Below are positions 11,689-23,900 of a stretch of DNA of 64,000 nt, one piece after another (position 1 is the first letter of the stretch; every line of letters starts with the position of its first letter). The notes below the pieces were generated by a model. It ran no database searches and was not told the DNA's origin. It saw nothing but the letters and a program-made list of their open reading frames with translations. The translations under genes were made by a program, and so were the position numbers. Location of the stretch: positions 558,001 to 622,000 of the forward strand of contig OZ251230.1 in assembly GCA_965240325.2 (NCBI GenBank). The letters run 5' to 3'. The DNA is from Rebecca billardiae RCC1528 (taxonomy: Eukaryota > Protista > Haptophyta).

Positions 11689-13296
11689 TCAGTCGTCGAA
11701 GCCGTCGAGGCGCGCGGCCTCAGCGAACGGGTTGTCCTCCGCGGTGTACTCGAACTCCATGCCCGCCACCTCCACGGTGTCGCCGTCGACTGCGCCCGCC
11801 CGCTCCAGCGCGGCGTTCACGCCGATGGCCTTGAGCGTCTTGTGGAAGCGCAGCCGCGCCTCGTAGTAGTCCCAGTTGGTGCGGCGGATCATCCGCTCGA
11901 TGCCGTCGCCGCGGATGCAGTACACGCCGTGGAAGCTCTTCGGCTCGACGGTGAAGTCGCGCAGCCGGATGCGCGCGTCGAGCTCGCCGGACGCGGCGAG
12001 CGGCAGCGTGCCGCCGAACATCTCCGCCGGCGTGCCCTCGCCGTCCGCGATCAGCTGCTCGAGCTGGCGCTGCGTGCGCCGCATCAGCTCGTCGATGCGC
12101 TCGCCGGTCGCCGCGCTCACCGCCGCGAGCCGCGAGTGGCCCGCCGCCTCGGCGAGCTTGGGGCGCAGCTCGGCGAGGCGCTCGCGCACGTGGGGCAGGT
12201 CGATCTTGTTGAGCACGACGATCTGCACCTTGGTCGCCAGCGCGGGCGAGAAGAGCTCGAGCTCGGCGTTCACCGCCTGCAGGTCGCCCACCGGGTCGGG
12301 CGAGTCCCCGCTCACGACGTGCAGCAGCACGCGGCAGCGCTCAATGTGCCGCAGGAAGGCGCGCCCGAGCCCGACGCCGTCGTGCGCGCCCTCGAGCAGG
12401 CCGGGGATGTCGGCCATCACGAGCGTGGGCTCGCCGGATCTCGCCTGCGCGCTGTCCGCCCGGGGCCACACGCCCAGATTCGGCACCACCGTCGTGAACG
12501 GGTAGTCCGCGATCTTGGGCTTGGCGTTGGTCGCGGCGGCGAGCAGCGTCGACTTGCCCGCATTCGGGCAGCCGATCAGCCCGACGTCGGCGAGGAGCTT
12601 GAGCTCGAGCACGAGCCAGCGCTCCGCCCCGTCGTCGCCCTTATCGGCGAGCCGCGGCGTGTGGTTCTGGTGCGTCTTGAAGAACTCGTTCCCCCGCCCG
12701 CCCCGCCCGCCGCGCGCGACGCGCAGCTCGTCGCCGGCCGCCAGCAGCTCGCCCACGACCGTGCCGTCCTCCTCGAGCGACGCGACGGTGCCGACGGGCA
12801 CGGAGACGTACGTGTCCTGCCCGTCCGCGCCGCGCATGCTGCTCCCCTTCCCGTTCGTCCCCGGCGAGCCCGTGAAGTGGATCCTGGGCGGGCGGAGCGT
12901 GTTCAGGTTGGCGTCACACCGCAGGTACACGGAGCCGCCGTTGCCGCCGTCGCCGCCGTTCGGACCGCCGCGCGCCTCGCTCTTCTCGCGCCGGAAGGCG
13001 ACGCATCCGTCGCCGCCCTTGCCACCCTTCACGAAGATTCGCGCCCGGTCGTAGAAGAGCCACTCGGGATCGTCCCCCGTGTCCGGCATCATCTCGTCCT
13101 CCTCGTCGTCCTCCTCCCATGGCAGCGTGAAGGACGCGCGAACGGCCGCGCGCGCGTGGCCGGCGGTGGCGGGTGCTGCTCGCGTCGCGGCGAAGGCTCC
13201 CCGCTGCGAGTGCCAGCCCGCCGATGGGGCTGGGCCCGCCGCCGCCCAGCCCGCCGCCAGCCAGGCCGCCGTCCACGAGCACGCAGCGAGGGGCAT
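11689..13296 (-). CDS. obgE: Obg/CgtA GTPase, probably plastid-targeted
   Basis: Gly-rich Obg fold (FYDRARIFVKGGKGGDG, GGPNGGDGGNGG), LELKLLADVGLIGCPNAGKSTLL, IADYPFTT, DIPGLLEGAH, NKID, C-terminal OCT domain. N-terminus looks like a signal plus transit peptide; intronless. Confidence 0.95.
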   Translation of the reverse strand: MPLAACSWTAAWLAAGWAAAGPAPSAGWHSQRGAFAATRAAPATAGHARAAVRASFTLPWEEDDEEDEMMPDTGDDPEWLFYDRARIFVKGGKGGDGCVAFRREKSEARGGPNGGDGGNGGSVYLRCDANLNTLRPPRIHFTGSPGTNGKGSSMRGADGQDTYVSVPVGTVASLEEDGTVVGELLAAGDELRVARGGRGGRGNEFFKTHQNHTPRLADKGDDGAERWLVLELKLLADVGLIGCPNAGKSTLLAAATNAKPKIADYPFTTVVPNLGVWPRADSAQARSGEPTLVMADIPGLLEGAHDGVGLGRAFLRHIERCRVLLHVVSGDSPDPVGDLQAVNAELELFSPALATKVQIVVLNKIDLPHVRERLAELRPKLAEAAGHSRLAAVSAATGERIDELMRRTQRQLEQLIADGEGTPAEMFGGTLPLAASGELDARIRLRDFTVEPKSFHGVYCIRGDGIERMIRRTNWDYYEARLRFHKTLKAIGVNAALERAGAVDGDTVEVAGMEFEYTAEDNPFAEAARLDGFDD

Positions 13297-13377
13297 CGCG
13301 CCGATGCCGGTCGCGGACGCTCGCCGTCGACGTGCCGTCCAAGCCTGCTAACGAAATCCCGTCAACACATCGACACG
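13297..13377. promoter_or_regulatory. 81-bp spacer between divergent start codons (putative bidirectional promoter)
   Basis: Head-to-head ATGs of the Obg and ankyrin genes; function inferred from position only. Confidence 0.45.
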
Positions 13378-13821
13378 ATGGCGGCAGACCTGGTGGCGGA
13401 GGGGTGCACTCAGTTCCAGCTCACCAGCCTCATGAAGGCGGCGGTGCACGGAGACGTCCGCGCGGTGCGCGAGACGCTGGGCTCGACAAGTGCAAACTTG
13501 GATGCCGTCGATGCGCAAGGGCGGACCGCCCTCATCATCGCCGCGCGTGGCGGGCATGAGGGCGTGATACGCGAGCTACTGGCAGCCGGGGCCGACTGCG
13601 AGCCCGTGGACAGCGACGGCCACACTGCCGCGACAGTTGCGGCGGACGCAGGACACGACGCAGCCGCACGTCTCATCACGAGCGAGGTGACACGACGAGC
13701 TGCGCTCCGAGACGCCGTGCTGAGCCGCGCAGGCGGCAGCTCGAGCACGGCAGGGTCCATAGCCGCCCTGTTGGCCAAAGCGGGAGGCTCGTCATCTGGC
13801 CCCGCGGAGAGCCCATTCTAG
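13378..13821 (+). CDS. small ankyrin-repeat protein (147 aa)
   Basis: ATG at 13378; TSLMKAAVHGD, GRTALIIAARGGHEGVIRELLAAGAD, GHTAATVAADAGH. Confidence 0.85.
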   Translation: MAADLVAEGCTQFQLTSLMKAAVHGDVRAVRETLGSTSANLDAVDAQGRTALIIAARGGHEGVIRELLAAGADCEPVDSDGHTAATVAADAGHDAAARLITSEVTRRAALRDAVLSRAGGSSSTAGSIAALLAKAGGSSSGPAESPF

Positions 13822-14786
13822 TAGTTGCATCATCCCCTCCTGTCGGTGGATGGAAAGGGCCAACGCTTGCAACCCGCATCGTCGTCGGGACGTACGACCA
13901 CTGCGGGCACGCGAGAAGCAGAGTCTCGTCCGGCGCCGGCGGATCAGTGCATCTCGCATCGTCATCATCACGTTTGTGAGTTGACGTCTGTGAGCGGCAG
14001 CATCGGCGTCATTACGGCTGACGAGAGCCTTGAGCATCGGGATCGCGCGCGGATCGCCGATCGGCCGCGTCATCAGTCAGAGCCCGCGCGGACCGGCGTC
14101 TGCGGTCTGGGACTGCCGGTCTGCCAGACGGCCGGCCCCACGCCTCACAGCGGGCTGCTCAGCACGGGGCCGGGCCAGACCGCGCCGCGCCCTGGCCCGC
14201 CAAACCGGGCGCCCTTGGCCGGCACACGGTCCCACAGCCACGGCCCGCGTCTCTCGTCCCGCAGCAGTGCTCAGTCGTGAGTCTCGGGGCGAGTCCGATC
14301 GTGACCGGCGCCGCTAGTCCGCATCGCCTCATTCATATCTGGTCATTCGGTACGACTTGTAACTACCTGCTACTAGTCTAGAGTAGACTATATAGAAGTA
14401 ACTAGTCGAGTACTCGCTGAGTGAGTCGTATACGACGGCGGTACAGTCGTATAATACTGGCGGCAGTAGCCAGTGAGCTAGGCTACTGTGATGTAACAGC
14501 AGTCGGCCTGTTGCAAATTGAATAAATACCAACATTACTGACTGACTAAGACTGCCGATGAGTCACTATGTCTATGTCATCGTCTATGACGATGGGGCGG
14601 CTCTGAGTCCGACGGCTCTGAGTCCGATCCGAGCTATGCCTACGTCGTAACTACCGGTACTGAGTGGCGTACGTTATACTAATACTACTATTAATATATA
14701 TATAAGAATAGTTTGATTATATATATAATTAATATAATATGATGGCCGGCCGGATCATGCCTTCACTGCTGCTAGCAGCGCATCAA

Positions 14787-14790
<4 letters not shown>

Positions 14791-14826
<36 letters not shown>
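14791..14826. repeat. (AG)18 microsatellite
   Basis: Directly visible. Confidence 0.97.
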
Positions 14827-14829
<3 letters not shown>

Positions 14830-14976
14830 CACTTGGCAGCATGACTTCATCATCAGCCCAGTGTCATGATCTGCTGATGATGATGGTGACGCGACGATGA
14901 TGATTGATCTGCCAACAGAGGGCCACCGAGGCAGCAAGGCCGGGACGAGCCCGGCCGACTTGCAGCGGCGGCTTCG

Positions 14977-17900
14977 TCATGACTCTTCCAGTGCGCCGTC
15001 AAAGTCCGCTTCCAGCAGCGCCTCGAGTGGCCGTGCAGCGTTCGCCTGCAACTGCAGCAGCGAAGACACCTGATGTGTGGCCGCGGCAGCGCACCGCGGG
15101 CGGGAGGGCGTAGGCGCGGTCGGCGGTGCGTTGTCGTGGACGTGGAGAGCAGGTGGTGCTGGTCAGCACCGCCCATGGCAGTCATCGCAGGTCGCGTGCG
15201 ATCGAAGGCGCCGGCGCGGCGCGCGGCGCGCCACGCACCCGCTGCTGCAGCTCCTGGGTCAGGTGGCTGGCGAAGCCAAACTTCTCCTGCCAGTGCTCGA
15301 CAGCGGGCTGCAGCGTGTGCAGCAGGTGCCGCCGGCGTGGCTGGTGCGCTGCGGCCATCTCACGGATCTTCGTCCAGAACTGCGGCCTGCGCTCGGTGAT
15401 CACATCGCCCTCCTCGCGCTCCAGCGCTAGCGCGTCGTCGACAAGCTTCCGCGCGTGGCGGGCCGCGCCGATCTCCGCTTCGACCCAGCTCATCAGCTCA
15501 CGCACGCGCGGCAGGTAGCGGCGGTGGTCCCGCACCTCGGCAGCGTCCACGTCCGCCCGCACCTCCTCCGCGTCGTCGCGCGTGATCGCCGCGGTGGCGG
15601 AGCGGTGCGAGCCGGGCCGGCCACCGCGCGTGGAGAGCAGCGTCTGCACGACGGCCATCTCATTCGCCTCCTCTCGCACCGCGTCGTCGAGCGGCGTGTT
15701 GCCAAATCTGGCCCAGAGGGAGATCGGCGCAAAAAGGGGGGGGGGGCGCCCGGGTAGCGGTGATGAGCGCATGCGCGTGCGTGCGCGCGCGCGCACGCGC
15801 GCGCGCGGCGTGGCGCGGCGGCGCTCGCGGCAAGGCAGAGGCGCGCGCACGCCCGTCGCCAGCCCCACGCCCCGCTCCGCGCGCACACCGGTCCTCGACG
15901 TTCAAGTCGATGGCTGGCAGGTCGAGCAGGAAATGGACGGCGTGCACGCGCCCACACGAGGCGGCGAGGTGCAGCGGGCGGCGGCCGTCGTGGTCGCCAA
16001 TGTTCGGGTCGCAGCGGTGGTCGACCAGCCGCTGCAGGGTGTGCACGTCATTGCACGCCGCCGCGGTGCAGAACTCCACCGGCGCGTCGAACGTGCCCAT
16101 GTGCGCGCCGTGCCGCAGCAGGAGCGCAGACACGTCTGCGTGCTGGCTGAGGAACGCCTCCTGCAGCGGCGTGCGCCCGCACAGATCGGACGCGTTCACG
16201 TCGGCGTGGTGGCCGATCAGCAGCCGCGCGTTGTCCACGCAGCCCTCCGCCGCGGCGATGTGCAGAGGCGTGCGCGCGCTGTAGTTGGCGGTGTTCACAT
16301 CTTCAGAGTCAAAGGCGACGAGGTAGCGCAGCTGCTCGTGCGCGCCCGCGTCGGCGGCGACGGCGCAGAGCAAGTCCGCGATGTGCGCGCACAGCCGCTG
16401 CGCGCCGTGCGCAAGCAGCAGCTCCGCTGCCGGGCCCTGCCGGTGCAGCAGCGCGTCGTGCAGTGGCGTCGTGCCGTGCCTGTCGGCAATATTGACGTCT
16501 GCGTTGCACGCGATGAGCAGCTCGAGCACGCTCACGTGGCCCGCGCATGCCGCGACGTGCAGGGGTCGTCGTCCATCGTAGTCGCCACGGTTCACGTCGA
16601 TCTCCCGCGCCGTGAGCAGCTGTCTCACCCTGTCCAGCTCGCCCTTGTTGCACGCGCCGCACAGCCGGACGACATGAAGATCCTCCCGCTTCTTCTTCGC
16701 GCTCGCGATGATCTGTGGAGCCGATGGAGGACCGGGGGATAGGGCGAGGGGCGCGTAAACCTCGCGGGCGCACGCGAACACGAGCGCGCGGCGCCGCGCG
16801 AACGCCTCGCGCGCGCTGGCGCGCGACGCCACCTTCTGGATGGTGCTGAGCCCCTCTTCGGCCGCCTCTCGGCCCGTGCTGCTCGCGCGTGACAGCGCGG
16901 AGCGGTGCGACCGCGCGCTCCGGTGCGACCGCATGCTCTTTGAGTCGTCGTGCCCGGAGGCCCTCGACTTGTGCGAGCGTGAGGAGAGGGGGCCTGCGTG
17001 CGAGCGCGCGCGCATGCCGGCGCGTGTGAGCTGGGCGTCGGCGCGCGTCGGGCAGCTGAGGGCGCGGTCGCGCGCGAGCGCTCACCTCCGGCTGCGCCCG
17101 CGTGCCGCATCGCGTTGTCCATGATCACGTCCTCCTGGTTGGGGAAGGATTTGAGCAGGAGCTTGTACCGCTCGGCCGTGAGTGCGAACAGCTTGGTCTC
17201 CTGCGCGTGCGTCGAGCGCGCGTTGCTCACGTGGCGCATGCCGAAGACGAACGGCAGCTCGGCGAGCGTCTCGCCCGGCTGCACGAGCTCGAGCGGCCCC
17301 GTGTCCGCGTCATCCGCGTCCTCCTCCTCGTCGAAGATCTCGACGACGCCGGTCTCGACGATGAAGAGCTCCTTGCACACGTCGGTCACGCGGAAGAGCA
17401 CAGTCTCGGGCTCGACCGTGCGCTCGCGCAGCAGCGACGAGAGCCGGTCGACGAAGCCGTCCGAGCATCCCTTGAAGAGCGCGCACTCGCCCACGAGCGC
17501 GCGGTTCGTGTACGCCGAGACCTCGATCTGCAGCGAGATCGGCATCTGCGCGTAGATCTGCTCGTCGGGCACGGCGGAGAGCGACGCGTCGCGCAGCCGC
17601 GCCTGAAAGAACCCGCCGATCTGCGCCTTGAGCCCAGCCGGCACCGTGAGCTGGTTGAGGTACACCTGCACCAGCTCGAGCTGAGCGCGCTTGGTGATGA
17701 TCTCGTCGTCCTGGCGCATCACGAGCGCCGAGATCTTGCCGACCGCGAACGCGTAGATGGTGAAGTTGAGGAGCATGAGGAACAGGCCGAAGCCGATCTC
17801 GTAGAAGTTGGCGGGCACCTGCGAGATGCCGAGCGTCGTGATCGCCGAGATACAGAAGAACATCGAGGCCACGTACCGCATCGCCAGGATCATCGCGGGC

Positions 17901-20900
17901 GAGGCGGCGGTGCCGTCCTCGAGCGCGCCGCCAGCAGCCACGACCATGTCGGCGGTCGTGCCGCCAACGGTCGCCGCGTTCGCGTTGAACTGCTGGGGCC
18001 ACGCGCTCTCCTCGAGCTGCGCGAGCGCGGAGTAGCCGAACACGTTCCACAGGCACGCGCACACGTGCGCCGTGAGCAGGATGATGCCGTTGTACTGCAC
18101 GAGCCCGACCAGCAGGTTGTCGTCCGTCTTGGCGCGCTCAAACGCGCGGTAGCCGCGCCACGCGTGCCGCAGGTTGACGAGCTTGAGCACGCGCAGCGCG
18201 AGGACGACGAGGCCGCGGTTGCCCAGCGCGAGCGCAAGCAGGTCGAGCGGCAGCGCGCCCGCCATGTCCATGCTGAAGTCGTGCGACAGGTAGTGGTGCC
18301 GGATCTCGAGCGGCCGGTAGATGGTGACCGACTTGGAGTCGACAAACGAGGTGCAGAAGCGCACGCCCACGCGCAGCAGGTAGAAACCGTCGAGCGTGTA
18401 GTACAGCGGCCAGACCCACGCGATGCGCTCGGCCTCGCGGGCGAAGCAGAGATGCACGGGCAGCTGCAGGCAGTCCCACACGACCAGCGCGAGGAACAGC
18501 GCGTCGAAGAGCCGGTACGCCCTCGAGGTGTGAGCGAGGACCCACCACGGCCGCGTGGTGCCGGCGCCTGCGCTGTCAGCCGCAGCGGCGGCGCCGCCGC
18601 CACCGCCCTCAGAGACCGCACTCGACTCGGCGCGATCAATCAGCCAGCGGCGTACGCACGAGCGCACGCGTGCGGAGAGCGAGACGCCCGCGGCCTCGCG
18701 CGCGCGCGTCTCCGCCGCCTGCTTCTGCAGCTGCCGCACCGCTTCGCGCAGAGCCCGCCTGAGCTGCTCCCACGTGCTGCCGGGGACGTCGGCGCTCGTG
18801 GCGGCGCCAGCGGCGTCAAGGGCGCCCGCGTCGCCATTGGCGCCGGGGGCCTTGGGTGCGACGAGAGCAGAGAGCTTGGCGAGGCTACTGCGCCTGCCGA
18901 CAGCGCGTGGCGCGTCGGTACCGTCAGAGCTCGCCGCGCCGTGCGCGAGGCTCTCGGTGGAGCCCGCCGGCTTCCGTGGCCCGGCATCCGGAGTGCCGCC
19001 GTCGGCGTCGTTGGCGGCGGGCGCACGGCCAGCCGCAGCCCCGGGCCCGTTGGCGGCGACCGCGGTAGCGGCAGCGGCGGCGGCAGCGGCGGCAGAGGTG
19101 CTGCCGATCCGCACGCCGGGCAGTCGCGCCGAGTACCACGCGGCGATCTCGGCCGTCGTGGCGGTGGCGGCGGCGGGCACAGCCGACTTGACAATCGCAG
19201 CGAACGCCGACGATGACACGGCAGCCTTTGGCTTCAGCTTGCCGCCGTCGATGCGAGTGCCGAGCGCGGTGCTCACGCTCACAAGCGCGTCCGTGCTCCC
19301 GAGCGCACGCGCAAGCGCGTCTGCGGCCGCCTCGGCCGCGCCCATCTCGTAGCCAGCGGTGTCATGCAGCCCGCCGCCTCCGCCGCCCGCGCCTGCAGCT
19401 GCGGGTGCCGCCTGCCGCCCCAAAGCACGCGCGTTGGTGCCCAGGCGAAGCGACGGCATGAGGATCTCGGCGGCTCCCTCGCCTTGCGCGGCGCGCGCCG
19501 TCTGCTCGTCCTCCGCCTGCTCCGCCTCAGCGTCGGCGAGCACCCACGCCGCCGCGCCCACGTAGAACTGCGAGGGGCTGAGCGCACGCGGCCGCGCGTG
19601 CGAGATTGAGATCTCATCGCTGGCGGCGGCGCGCGCGCTGTCAGCGCCGCTCGAGTCCACGTGCGCGTGGAGACTCTCGCGGCCACGCCGCCGGCCGTGC
19701 AGCTCGGCCGACGCGTCGATCAGGTGCGCCATCAGCGCGCGCACCTCCGAGCCGCCCAGCTCGCCCAGTCGGTCCTGCAGCTGGCGCACGTCCCGCCAGT
19801 GGACCGCACCGCGGCCGTGGCGGTCAAAGACACGGTACAGCTGGTGCAGCACGGACACGGTCTCGACGAGTGAGTCGGGAAAGCGCGAGGCGGCGGCGGC
19901 CGCGGCGGCGTGCTGCTCGGCTTGCTGCTCGGCCGCCGCGCGCTGTATGCGTGCGGCAATCGCCGTGCAAGGGCTGCGCGTCACCCCAAATCGGCCGCGC
20001 CGGCTGTCGTCGGGCGTGCTGAGGCTCGTCGCCGCTGGCGCGCGATCTCGCGCGGTGCTCGCCGCCGCAGAGGGCCCCATCGGGGCCACCGACGCGCTGC
20101 TGGACGAAGACATCTTCGAGAGCGACACTGCGCTGCTTCGCTCGTTGATCGCGCTGCCGCCGCTCTGCTCGCCCGGCTTGACTCTGCTGCCGCCGAGCGG
20201 CGAGGTTGACGAGTCGTTATCGAGGACCATGCAGCGCCGCCGCATGTCGAGCACCGTCGAGGCGGCCGAGCCGTGCTGGCTCGAGCCGTGCTGGCTCGCT
20301 CGCTCGTCCGACATGGCGGGAGGGCCAGCCCCCCGCTCGAAGCGCGAAGTTGCCGCTTGCGGACTCAGGTGCGTCGAGGCGGGCGCGGTCGACTTGCGCA
20401 TCCACGCCGCGACCGCGTCAGATGACGTGCGGAGTGCGCCGCTTCGGCGCAAGGCGGAGCTGCCCGAGCGCGCACCACCCCGCAGCGACCAATTGCTGTG
20501 CTGCGAGGCGGCAGGCGAGGCAAGCGCCGAGCCAGCCGCCGCCTCCTGCAGCGCGGTCGCCGCGTCCACAAGCGTTCGCACAAAGGTGGAGGAGAAGAAG
20601 ACGATGCCGTACCCGAGCTCGGAGAGGAACATCGGCAATCGCGCCGGCCGGCGAGGGAGGCTGTCCTGCTCGTCGGCCGGGACACTCCGTCGGCCGCGCT
20701 TCGGGCTGGCACCGGCCGACCGGCGGCCGCGCTTCGGGCTGGCACCGGCCGACCGGCGGCCGCGCTTCGGGCTGGCCCCAGCCGAGAGGCGCTCGCTCCC
20801 TGACGCATGTGCCACGGCGCTCGAGCACGCAGCCTGGAGCGTTGCCCACGACGCGGCCTGCTTCTCGCCCACATCCCCTGAGCTCGACTGCCACTGCGGG

Positions 20901-23900
20901 TCCGCGCTGTCGTCCATCTTCGCGCGCCTGGACATGTCGGGCGACTTGCGCGGCGGCTGCCGCCTGACCGTGTCAGGTGTCAGGCGTCCTGGCTGGCGCG
21001 CAAAGATCGAGCCACGGGGCTCGGCCCGCCTCATCGTGTTGGGCGACGGGCGCTGCGGCTGCCGCGCAAAGATGGAGCCGCGGCGCTCGCCGCGCCTGGC
21101 GTCCTCGTCAGCCGCCGCATCAGCGGCAATGCGCTTCGCGCTGCGCGGCGCGACGGGGCCGAGGCTCGCGGCGAGCTCGTCGTAGATCTCGGCGACAACG
21201 TGCTCGAGTAGCTCCGTGCCAAAGCCGCAGTCCGTGCTCAGGATCTCTCGGAGGGCCTTCTCCTCCGCGCGCTGCCGCTCGGCCGGGTCCAGGCCCACGC
21301 GTGCGGCCACGCTGAGCTTCAGCGAAAACGCTCGCTTGAGTAGGCTCAGTCCAGCCTGCGCTCTGGGCAGCCGGAGGACGAGCGGCAGAAATGCGGCGCG
21401 CGAAAAGCCCGCCTTGCTCTCGTTGGGCGGCGCGTCGACGCGGTGCAGCTTGCGCCCCGCGCCTGCGCCCGCGCCCTCAGCCACGGCCTGCGCGCATGCG
21501 TGCGTGCTCAGCGCGCCCGGCACACCCGGCGCGTCGCCGTGACGCGCGGGGCCTTCGGCTGCAGGCGCGATGCCCTCCGTCGACGCGGGGCCTCCCTCGC
21601 CACTGACCGCCCTGCCCTGTGCGCGGAACTCCAAGTCGCTCTCACTCTCACTCGAACCATCGTCCTCATCGATTGTCGCCCGGCCACGCCTACCGCCGTG
21701 CTCGCCGTCAATGTCCGTATCCAACAGCTCGTCCTCCAACGAGTCCTGCGAGCTCGCGTCGTCGAGGCCGTCGTTCACAGCGTACAGGCCGATCCAGTCG
21801 TCCACCGAGCGCTCGAGTAGCGCGAACAGCCTCGAATGCAGCCCGCCGAGCTCGGCGAGCGAGCGCGAGAGCGACTTGAGCTCGAGCTCGAGCTCGCACC
21901 TCGTGCGCTGCTTTGCGGTGAGTGTCTGCGCGCGATGCTGCGTGCGCACGTGCAGCTTGGTGAGAAGGTTGGCCATGTCGTAAATCCGCGTCACCTTGAA
22001 GAGCGCTTGCAGCTTGGCATCGCCCGCATACGCCTCCGGGATCTTCGCCGAGCACTGATGCACGAGCAGCGCCGCCACCTCGTTGTTGTGCTCGAGCGCG
22101 TGGACGAGCGCTGTGCTGCCCCAGCGGTCCACCGCGCGCACATCCGCCATCGCGGAGATCAGGCAGTGCGTCGTGGAGACCGAGCCGGCGCACACGGCGA
22201 GGTGCAACGGCGTGCGTGCGTCGTAGTCCGCCGCGTGGAAAGGCGCTCCCGCCTGCACCAAGAAGCGCACCTCGTCGACATCACCCGCGGAGGCGGACGC
22301 GCACAGTCGTGCAAAGACAGTCTTGGGGTTGGCGCGCGCTCCGCGCTGCGCGTGCAGCTGCGCGACGAGCTCGTGGCCGTTGTTGAGCGCGTCATCGATG
22401 GGCTTGTTGCCCCAGCGATCGCGAAGAGTAACGTCAGCAAGCGCGCCCACCAGGCTCTCCACCAGCCGCAGGTCACCCTCGGCCGATGCCAAGTGGAGCG
22501 CCGAGCGGCCGTCATAGTCCACGGTGTTGATGTTGATGCCGTGAGACAGGAGCGTCTGCACGTGCGCAACCGAGCCGCTGCTGACCGCCTCGAGCAAGAG
22601 CGCCGCGGGCCGCTCGAGATGCAGTGCCGCGCCGTGCGCCTTGAGTACGGACGCGACCTCGGAGTGGTCCGAGACGATCGCATCGCGCAGCGGCGTCGCG
22701 TTCCAGCGGTCTGTGAGGGACGTGCTCGCTCCTAGCTCGCACAGCAGCGCGACGACCTTGGCGTTGCCCTCAGCTGCTGCGAGGTGAAGCGTCGTGCGCT
22801 TGTCGTAGTTGCCAGCGTTCACGTCAAGGCCCTTTGCGGCGAGCGCGCGCACCGTCTCCACGTCGCCGATCGAGGCCGCGTAGCTCATCTGCGTGATCGC
22901 CTCCTCGTTCCCCTCCACGATCGTCTTCTGGATGACGGCGCGCAGGGCTGCGCGTGCGCGGCAGCGCGCGCGGCGCGATCCGCGAGGTGGCCGGGGCGGC
23001 ACGGCGTGAGGCGCGCGGCGAGCACATCTGCGGGCGCCGCCGTGCGTGTCCGCGGCCGTAGCCACCCGTACGACGCGTGCGGCGGCTCGCACCTTCAAAC
23101 TCCTCCTGCTCGTCCTCAGAGAGTGACCCGCCGAGGCCGGCGGCCGCTTCCGCCACTGTGCCCTGCCGATCGAGTCCAAACTTGCGCAGCATGTTGTGCA
23201 CGATCAAGTCCGCCTGCTCGGGGTACGACGCGATGATGTCATCGTAGTCGCTGCCGGTGATGACCAGCAACGTCACGTCGCCGGCAGCGGTGGCCGACAC
23301 CGTGAACGGCTGCTGGATGCCGAGGAAGAAGCACAGCTCACCCACCACCTGACCCGCACCCACGTCGGAGCGAAGGGTCGACGTGTGCACGTCCCCCTTC
23401 TTCACGTGCACGGAGCCGTTGGTCAGCCAGAGCAGCTCGCGCGAGCCCTCGCCCTGATGAAAGAGCACCTCGAGAGGCATCACATACCGCTCCCTGAGCG
23501 CGATCACGATCTGGTTGAGGAAGCGCGGGTTGCAGCCTTGGAACACCCACGTGCCCTGCACATGCAGCGAGTGGGTCGCCGAGGCGACCTTGACCCTGAG
23601 CGAGAGCGGCATCTGGTGGAAGATCGTCTCCGTCGAGCTCGAGCGCTTCGCATGCTGGAACTCGAAGTGCGAACGGATCTTCTTCGTGACCGACTGCGGC
23701 AGGCTGCGCCTCGCGCAATATTCATCCACTGCATGCAGCAGCTCCTTGAAGTACGCGGTGTTCTCGTCCACCCGGACCAGGTAGTGGAAGAGCGTACCGA
23801 GCACGAACGCGTAGAACACCTGGTCGTGCGCGTGCGTGCGTGCGTGGGAGCGTCCCGCGCAGCGCAGGGCGCAGCGGTGGTGGCGCGCCTCAGTCGGTGA

